NCBI GenBank assembly: GCA_045430345.1
Contig: JAILXT010000006.1
Coordinates: forward strand, 97,296 to 129,295
Length of the DNA: 32,000 nucleotides
Source: Agarilytica sp.
GTDB taxonomy: Bacteria; Pseudomonadota; Gammaproteobacteria; Pseudomonadales; Cellvibrionaceae
Reading direction: 5' to 3'
In this document: positions 26,786 to 32,000 of the stretch, piece by piece
How positions within the stretch are numbered: position 1 is the first letter of the stretch
Layout: every line of letters starts with the position of its first letter
Notes under the pieces: generated by a model
What the model saw: only the letters and a program-made list of their open reading frames with translations
Databases searched by the model: none
What the model was told of the DNA's origin: nothing
Translations under genes and position numbers: made by a program

Positions 26786-27436
26786 TCATAAAGGAGATAC
26801 GTTATTTTTATGGGCTTTATCTATCGCTTGTCGAATACCTTCGGCCCATTGATCAAAGGCAGTTTCAATGTCAGCCCACGTAGACCAAGGTTTTGCATTT
26901 ACAATCCGACTACCTTTTGTTTTGGCAACAGCAACAATATCAAGGCGATTGCTTAAAGTTTCTCTAAAATGAGCTTCGACGGTTACTTCACCGACACTGA
27001 TAGCAAAAGGGGCTATCGCACTAGTGATATTGGCTGCGGCACTTGGCGCTTTCAAACCGGAAAGATGTAAGGATATTCTTAAAGTGTTCGGTTCTGTTCG
27101 TGTACCGACTTTATAGCCTCCATCACGAAGAGATTTAATTAAACCATTCCGAAAGTATGTCTGCATTCTTGTAAGGGTATCAGGATCTAAATCTTCCATT
27201 TTGGGATCATCGTAGTTCACCATGACAGGATCGACGATAAAACGAGTGTATGCTCCAAAGGTAGGTGCGTTTGGCCTTGCATAGACCAAGGTTGGAGAAA
27301 AATTTTTATCCAGTTCTAGGCCGGTTAAATCGGCACTGTAGGAGTGGTTTTCCACTATGCGACTCGTAGGGGCACAGCCAGACGCAAATGCCAAACAAAG
27401 AAGTATTGATACGTTTCTACAATATTTTAAAAACAT
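26786..27436 (-). CDS. Lipoprotein, DUF3313-like
   Basis: 216 aa. Signal peptide plus lipobox reads LLCLAFASGC. The size and the segment ...YTRFIVDPVMVNYDD...LTRMQTYFRNGLIKSLRDGGYKV...PNTLRISLHLSG resemble my recollection of DUF3313. GAGG lies 8-9 nt upstream of the ATG. Confidence 0.5.
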   Translation of the reverse strand: MFLKYCRNVSILLCLAFASGCAPTSRIVENHSYSADLTGLELDKNFSPTLVYARPNAPTFGAYTRFIVDPVMVNYDDPKMEDLDPDTLTRMQTYFRNGLIKSLRDGGYKVGTRTEPNTLRISLHLSGLKAPSAAANITSAIAPFAISVGEVTVEAHFRETLSNRLDIVAVAKTKGSRIVNAKPWSTWADIETAFDQWAEGIRQAIDKAHKNNVSPL

Positions 27437-27618
27437 GGCCTAGCCTCAATTAATTGGTTATTTTTTTCATTTTTAAATACTTGACTCGTAATATGATGGT
27501 AAAGATTTGCCACCTGCGCGACTAAGGATTTAAATTCTGGATGTAACTCCGCAAAACGGTCGCTACCGCGACTTTTCTCAAAGCACTCAATTAAGAAATT
27601 AATGTCATAATCATTCAA
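27427..27618 (-). CDS. Small hypothetical protein (63 aa), possibly translationally coupled to the lipoprotein gene
   Basis: TTG start with GGAG 6 nt upstream. The 3' end overlaps the next gene's start by 10 nt (ATGTTTTTAA). No signal peptide and no recognisable motif. Confidence 0.35.
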   Translation of the reverse strand: MNDYDINFLIECFEKSRGSDRFAELHPEFKSLVAQVANLYHHITSQVFKNEKNNQLIEARPCF

Positions 27619-27691
27619 CGTCGCTCCGCCATATCAGGTAGCTGGTGAGCAACTCCCTAGTGGCAATCGATAAGTTCTGGTTTTATGTAAG

Positions 27692-27705
27692 CAGTAGCGC
27701 TACTG
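27692..27705. promoter_or_regulatory. Perfect 14-bp palindrome CAGTAGCGCTACTG (candidate operator)
   Basis: The sequence is self-complementary. It lies in the 198-nt gap between the OMF stop (27817) and the small-ORF start (27618). Confidence 0.4.
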
Positions 27706-27738
27706 ATGTGCGATGCTTGTTTCATTTTATTAGCGCTC

Positions 27739-27759
27739 TATATTGTGCACCACAATATA
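27739..27759. promoter_or_regulatory. Palindrome TATATTGTG-cac-CACAATATA (candidate operator overlapping a possible promoter)
   Basis: 9-bp perfect arms with a 3-bp spacer. On the minus strand, TTGTGG-N17-TAATAA can be read across it as a weak -35/-10 pair. Confidence 0.4.
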
Positions 27760-27816
27760 CGCCACAACTCGAAACCAATCCTTATGTACAACTAAAAATT
27801 AGCTTTCAGTATTAGC

Positions 27817-29289
27817 TTACAAATCGATTGTTAAATTACTTTTCTCAAACCAATTCCCCCCTAACGCGAGAAATAGATTGACCCGCTGTTCCAATGCAAG
27901 GCGTTGTACGGCTAATTTATTGCTACTCGCAGAGAGCACACGTTGTTGCATGACAAGTAAATCAATCAACGCAATTTCACCCTCTTTATGCCTGAGTTGA
28001 GCAATGCGGTGGGCCTTTTCTGCCTCAGTTAGCGCAACGCTCAGTTCGTTATCACGCTGCACAAGCGTATTGGCAAGGTCGAGGTTGGTTTCTACTTCGT
28101 TGAAGGCACTGAGCGCTGTTTGGGCATAAGAAGCCAGTGCTTGTTTTTGCTCGGCGGTGGCTACTTTAACTTGCGCTTTTCTCACACCGCCATCAAAAAG
28201 TGGAGTAAGAAGATTGCTGGCAAGTTGCCAAGTGACGTTCGCGGGATCGGTGATATCAGATAAAGCACTGGAGGCGCCGCCGAGAGTGCCCGTCAAGCTT
28301 AACTGAGGTAGACGTGCCGCTTTGGCCTGAGCGACCGAATTAAACGCAGCAGCAACACGACGTTCGCTGGCGATTAGATCTGGTCGTCGTTCTAATATGT
28401 CTGAGGGCACGCCAAGGGGCGGCATCGGCGGTAAAGTTGGCAAGATGGTTTTTACGGCAAGTGCGCCTTTAGGGTATCGGCCTAGCAGAACTTCTAAGGC
28501 ACGCAAGGCCTCTCTTTGAGAGGCCTCTAACGTAATTAATTGTTCGCGTGTTGATGCTAAGTCTGATTTCGTTAAGGCAACATCTTGCGCTGAAACGAGA
28601 CCGTTTTTATATTGCACATCCACTATACGAAACGTTTCTTCGAGTGAAGCAAGGATGTCTTTTAAGATGGCAACTTGACGACTGGCTTCAATGGAAATGA
28701 AATATGCTTTTGCCGTTGCTGCGGCTAATGAATGCTGTGCATATTGGTAATCTGCTGCTGCGGCTTCAGCACTGACAACAGCAGCACGTTGTCCCGCGCT
28801 AATGCGCCCCCATAAATCAACTTCCCAATTGAGTTGAACGGATAGCGCCTGAGTGGAAACCTCTGAAATTGAATTACTAACTGATCCCGCACGTGAATTG
28901 GCAAAGGCTAAATTAGCTTGCGGCTTTAATTGCGCACCGGCTTGAACAGCTAATGCATTAGCACGTTCAACATTGGCCGATGCTGCCATAAGATCACGGT
29001 TGTTAGCGATAGCTTGCTTTACCAAGTCGGTCAGTAAATTGTCTTGAAACGGGTCAAGCCAATCGACTTGTTGTGCATCTCTCAACTGCGATGCGTCAAC
29101 ATTGGTCGCCCAGCTCTGCGGTGTAAAGGCGGTATGGCCTTCAAGTTTTGCGTTGATCGCTGCACCGTCTTGGGTCTTAGTGCTAGCGCAACCTGTTAAT
29201 GCAATGGCAACGCAGACTGATACAAAGTAGAAAGGCATAAGCATTTTCTTATCCAACCTTAATTTTCCAAGCTTTACTTTATAAAACAT
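27817..29289 (-). CDS. RND efflux outer-membrane factor lipoprotein, NodT family
   Basis: ORF track 27817-29307. The ATG at 29289 is preceded by GGAG and gives MFYKVKLGKLRLDKKMLMPFYFVSVCVAIALTGC (lipobox LTGC). The coiled, alanine-rich repeat structure is typical of the OprM/NodT family. It overlaps the RND stop by 11 nt. Confidence 0.9.
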   Translation of the reverse strand: MFYKVKLGKLRLDKKMLMPFYFVSVCVAIALTGCASTKTQDGAAINAKLEGHTAFTPQSWATNVDASQLRDAQQVDWLDPFQDNLLTDLVKQAIANNRDLMAASANVERANALAVQAGAQLKPQANLAFANSRAGSVSNSISEVSTQALSVQLNWEVDLWGRISAGQRAAVVSAEAAAADYQYAQHSLAAATAKAYFISIEASRQVAILKDILASLEETFRIVDVQYKNGLVSAQDVALTKSDLASTREQLITLEASQREALRALEVLLGRYPKGALAVKTILPTLPPMPPLGVPSDILERRPDLIASERRVAAAFNSVAQAKAARLPQLSLTGTLGGASSALSDITDPANVTWQLASNLLTPLFDGGVRKAQVKVATAEQKQALASYAQTALSAFNEVETNLDLANTLVQRDNELSVALTEAEKAHRIAQLRHKEGEIALIDLLVMQQRVLSASSNKLAVQRLALEQRVNLFLALGGNWFEKSNLTIDL

Positions 29290-32000
29290 GGTTTCCAGCT
29301 CCTTCAACTTCAGTTGATTTTATTTTGAAGAAAATCGCGTAGAGCACAGGAATTATCACCAAGGTCAATAGTGTCGCAAAAGTCAGTCCAAACACGAGCA
29401 CGACGGACATGGATTTGAAGAAGGCATCAAAGAACAGTGGAATAACACCTAATACAGTGGTTAAGGCACCCATCATAACCGGCCTTACCCGACTGGCTGC
29501 GGCCTCCACCACGGCGTCGAACCGCGCCTTGCCTTCGCTTATTTCCAGATCGGTTTGATCCACCAACACAATGGCGTTTTTAATCAGTAGCCCAGACAAT
29601 GATAGCAAACCAAGTATCGCCATAAATTCCATTGGCGTACCTGTTGAAAGTAAACCGACCACTACGCCTATAATCGCCAAGGGTACGACCAGCCATATCA
29701 CCACAGGCTGTCTTACCGAACCAAACAAAATAAAAACAATAAGCACCATTGCCAACAACCCTAAAGGAATGGTGGACGCGAGATTTTCATTGGATTCTTT
29801 TGAGTCGCCGTATTCTCCTCCCCATCTTAGTTGATAGCCTTCAGGTAAATTAATCGCTTCTATTTGTGGTCGAACGCGGACAAACAGGTCAGCGGGTAAT
29901 TCATGCGGATAAGGGTCACTTTGCGCTTTGATAAGCCAGATCCGATTTTCGCGGCGAACGAGGCCATCACGCCATACGGTTCTAAACCCATCCGTGACTT
30001 GACCAATCGGTACGGCACCCCCTGTGACAGAACTTAATACTTGAATATTACGGATATTATCAACGTCTAAACGTTCGTGCTCAGGTGCGCGCGAGATGAT
30101 GGGAATTAACTCATCGTCTTCTCGATAAGCGCCAACAGAACGACCCGAGAAATTCGTTTGTAGCGCAAGGGCAAGGTCTTCACGAGAAACGCCCGCACGT
30201 TGTCCGGCACTCTTGGCATAAACTGGTTCAATAACACTCACAGGCTGACGCCAGTTATCCTTGATCGACAATGCCCCGCCATCGGCCACCATTATGGCCT
30301 TAGCCTGATTCGCAAGATCGTGGAGAACTTTAGGGTCTGGGCCGGCGAATTCGGCCTCGATTTTAGAGCCGCCACCGGGGCCTAGGACAAAACGCCAGAC
30401 TTTGCCTTGAGCTTGGGGAAAGGTATTTTCAATATGCGCCTGAATTTCCGGCATCAATGCATCGATAATTTTATAGTCATCTGTGCGAACCAATAGTTGC
30501 CCATAGGCAGAGTTTGTGGATTCAGGCGCGTAGACCAGCATAAAGCGCGGTGCTCCTGCACCAATGGAGGTTTGTACCGCATTAACTCCCTCCAGATCGG
30601 CAACAAATTTTTCGAGCTTTTCAATGTCTTGTTCTGTTTTAGTAATATCTGTGCCTTGCGGTAACCAGTAATCGACAACAAATAAAGGCGTGGTTGAAGC
30701 AGGGAAGAATCCAGATTTAACAAATTGAAAGCCCCATACTGAAACAATAAAAATACCGACAACGCTGGCGACAACCGCGAAGCGCTTACGAAGGGCAAAA
30801 CGCAAAAAGCCTTGATATTTTTGCATCAGAGCACCATCAGACTTCTTGCTGCTTGACGACGACACATGGGCCTCTTTAAACAACCAAAAACAAAAGAGCG
30901 GCGTGAGGGTGACAGCAAACACCCAGCTAAACATTAAAGAGATTAAAATCACCCAGAATAAATGACCGGTGTATTCAGCGGTAGACCCCGGCGCAAAGCC
31001 AATAGGAGCAAAAGCAATAATGCCGACCAATGTGCCGCCCAACAATGGCCATATAACGCGCTTAACAATCCGGTTGGCAATATCTAACTTTTTAATGCCA
31101 TTTTGCACACCAACAAGAATGCCTTCAGTCACCACAATCGCGTTATCGACCATCATGCCCAGTGCAATAATTAAAGCTCCCAAAGAAATACGGTGCATTG
31201 GGATATCAACGATCTGCATCGTAGCCAATGTGGCAAAAATCGTCATTAACAAAATAGCGCCAATGACAATCGCGGATTTTAATCCCATGAAAATCAGCAA
31301 GGTAATAATAACGATAGCCAATGCCGCAATCACGTTGACGACAAAGGTTTGTACCGATACATCGACAATATTGCCTTGATGATAGAATTCATGCAGTTCG
31401 ATACCCAGTGGTCGCAATCCTTCACTATCGGCGATTTTTTTATCCACTGCCTGACCAATCTTAACAATGTTGCTGCCCAACACACCCGAAACTCCAACAG
31501 CGATGGCAGGCTTGCCGTTATAGCGATACAGTTTTGCCGCTGGCTCCTGATAGCCGCGCCATACACGAGCAATATCTTTTAGAAAGATAATTTTGCCTTC
31601 GCTGTCCGCCGATACCAGCAGATTCTGAATAGCCTCTACAGAATCAATAGAACCCGTCGGGTCAATAACAACGCGCTGGTTACCAATTTTTACATCGCCT
31701 GAGGAGAGAACCGCGTTTTGCTGAGAAAGAATGTTATAAATATTAGATACCGACAAACCTAAAGCCGCCGTGTCTTGTCGGGAAATTTCGACAAAAATCG
31801 CTTCTTTTCGCAAACCTTCTAAGGTGACGCGGGCTACGCCATCCACTTGCAATAGCGAACTTTGCAGAGACTTAGCGTAGCGTTTTAATTCTACCGGCGA
31901 ATAACCCTCGCCAGTGATGAAATACAGCAGGCCAAAGACATCACCAAAATCATCCGCTACATAAGGCGTACCGGCACCCGGTGGTAACGCCAATGCTGCA
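29279..32000 (-). CDS. RND efflux permease (AcrB/HAE-type); N-terminal ~130 aa lie beyond the window end
   Basis: The frame is open to the window edge. The sequence ...ALPPGAGTPYVADDFGDVFG...MGLKSAIVIGAILLMTIFATL...LGMMVDNAIVVTEGI...LSGLLIKNAIVLVD... is typical of RND transmembrane and porter domains. Confidence 0.93.
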   Translation of the reverse strand, partial: AALALPPGAGTPYVADDFGDVFGLLYFITGEGYSPVELKRYAKSLQSSLLQVDGVARVTLEGLRKEAIFVEISRQDTAALGLSVSNIYNILSQQNAVLSSGDVKIGNQRVVIDPTGSIDSVEAIQNLLVSADSEGKIIFLKDIARVWRGYQEPAAKLYRYNGKPAIAVGVSGVLGSNIVKIGQAVDKKIADSEGLRPLGIELHEFYHQGNIVDVSVQTFVVNVIAALAIVIITLLIFMGLKSAIVIGAILLMTIFATLATMQIVDIPMHRISLGALIIALGMMVDNAIVVTEGILVGVQNGIKKLDIANRIVKRVIWPLLGGTLVGIIAFAPIGFAPGSTAEYTGHLFWVILISLMFSWVFAVTLTPLFCFWLFKEAHVSSSSSKKSDGALMQKYQGFLRFALRKRFAVVASVVGIFIVSVWGFQFVKSGFFPASTTPLFVVDYWLPQGTDITKTEQDIEKLEKFVADLEGVNAVQTSIGAGAPRFMLVYAPESTNSAYGQLLVRTDDYKIIDALMPEIQAHIENTFPQAQGKVWRFVLGPGGGSKIEAEFAGPDPKVLHDLANQAKAIMVADGGALSIKDNWRQPVSVIEPVYAKSAGQRAGVSREDLALALQTNFSGRSVGAYREDDELIPIISRAPEHERLDVDNIRNIQVLSSVTGGAVPIGQVTDGFRTVWRDGLVRRENRIWLIKAQSDPYPHELPADLFVRVRPQIEAINLPEGYQLRWGGEYGDSKESNENLASTIPLGLLAMVLIVFILFGSVRQPVVIWLVVPLAIIGVVVGLLSTGTPMEFMAILGLLSLSGLLIKNAIVLVDQTDLEISEGKARFDAVVEAAASRVRPVMMGALTTVLGVIPLFFDAFFKSMSVVLVFGLTFATLLTLVIIPVLYAIFFKIKSTEVEGAGNHVL

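Noticed and set aside
1-32000. Search for CRISPR arrays, tRNA or rRNA genes, IS transposases, and known defence or toxin-antitoxin systems other than ratA/rnfH
   Set aside because: I found no regularly spaced direct repeats, no cloverleaf-type sequences other than the tmRNA tRNA-like domain, no transposase-like ORFs and no recognisable defence-system domains.

Overview
This is a chromosomal segment of a gammaproteobacterium. The gene order dnaK-grpE | recN | fur | bamE | rnfH-ratA | smpB ... ssrA matches the Pseudomonas/E. coli arrangement.

Layout:
- 1-8.1 kb: conserved housekeeping genes with readable sigma-32 and LexA control sites. One NSS-family transporter is inserted here.
- 8.2-17.1 kb: an accessory block between smpB and ssrA. 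It holds an ECF sigma factor, a FecR-type anti-sigma, two tandem paralogous TonB-dependent transducers (each with an STN signalling domain) and a DASS/SLC13 anion symporter.
- 17257-17650: the tmRNA gene (tag ANDDNYGAQLAA).
- 17.8-23.1 kb: a small CP4-57/P4-like integrative element directly after ssrA. It carries a P4-type integrase frameshifted in an A8 run, an orphan ORF, an AlpA-like regulator, a PrimPol + SF3 helicase replication protein and an orphan zinc-ribbon protein behind a G11 tract.
- 23.5-24.4 kb: a second, heavily decayed Cre/XerD-like integrase.
- 24.4-32 kb: all genes on the minus strand. These are an exported alpha/beta-hydrolase lipoprotein, an LpxR-like (DUF2219) outer-membrane protein, a DUF3313-like lipoprotein, a 63-aa ORF, a NodT-type outer-membrane factor and an RND permease that runs off the window.

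I saw no rRNA, tRNA, CRISPR array, IS transposase or recognisable known defence system.

Best candidates for something undescribed, all unproven:
1. The exported small-ORF/DUF3313/LpxR-like/lipase operon abutting the dead integrase.
2. The orphan cargo and regulatory architecture of the ssrA element.
3. The dual-transducer surface-signalling block coupled to a DASS symporter.

All family calls rest on motif recognition by eye. No database search or computation was possible.
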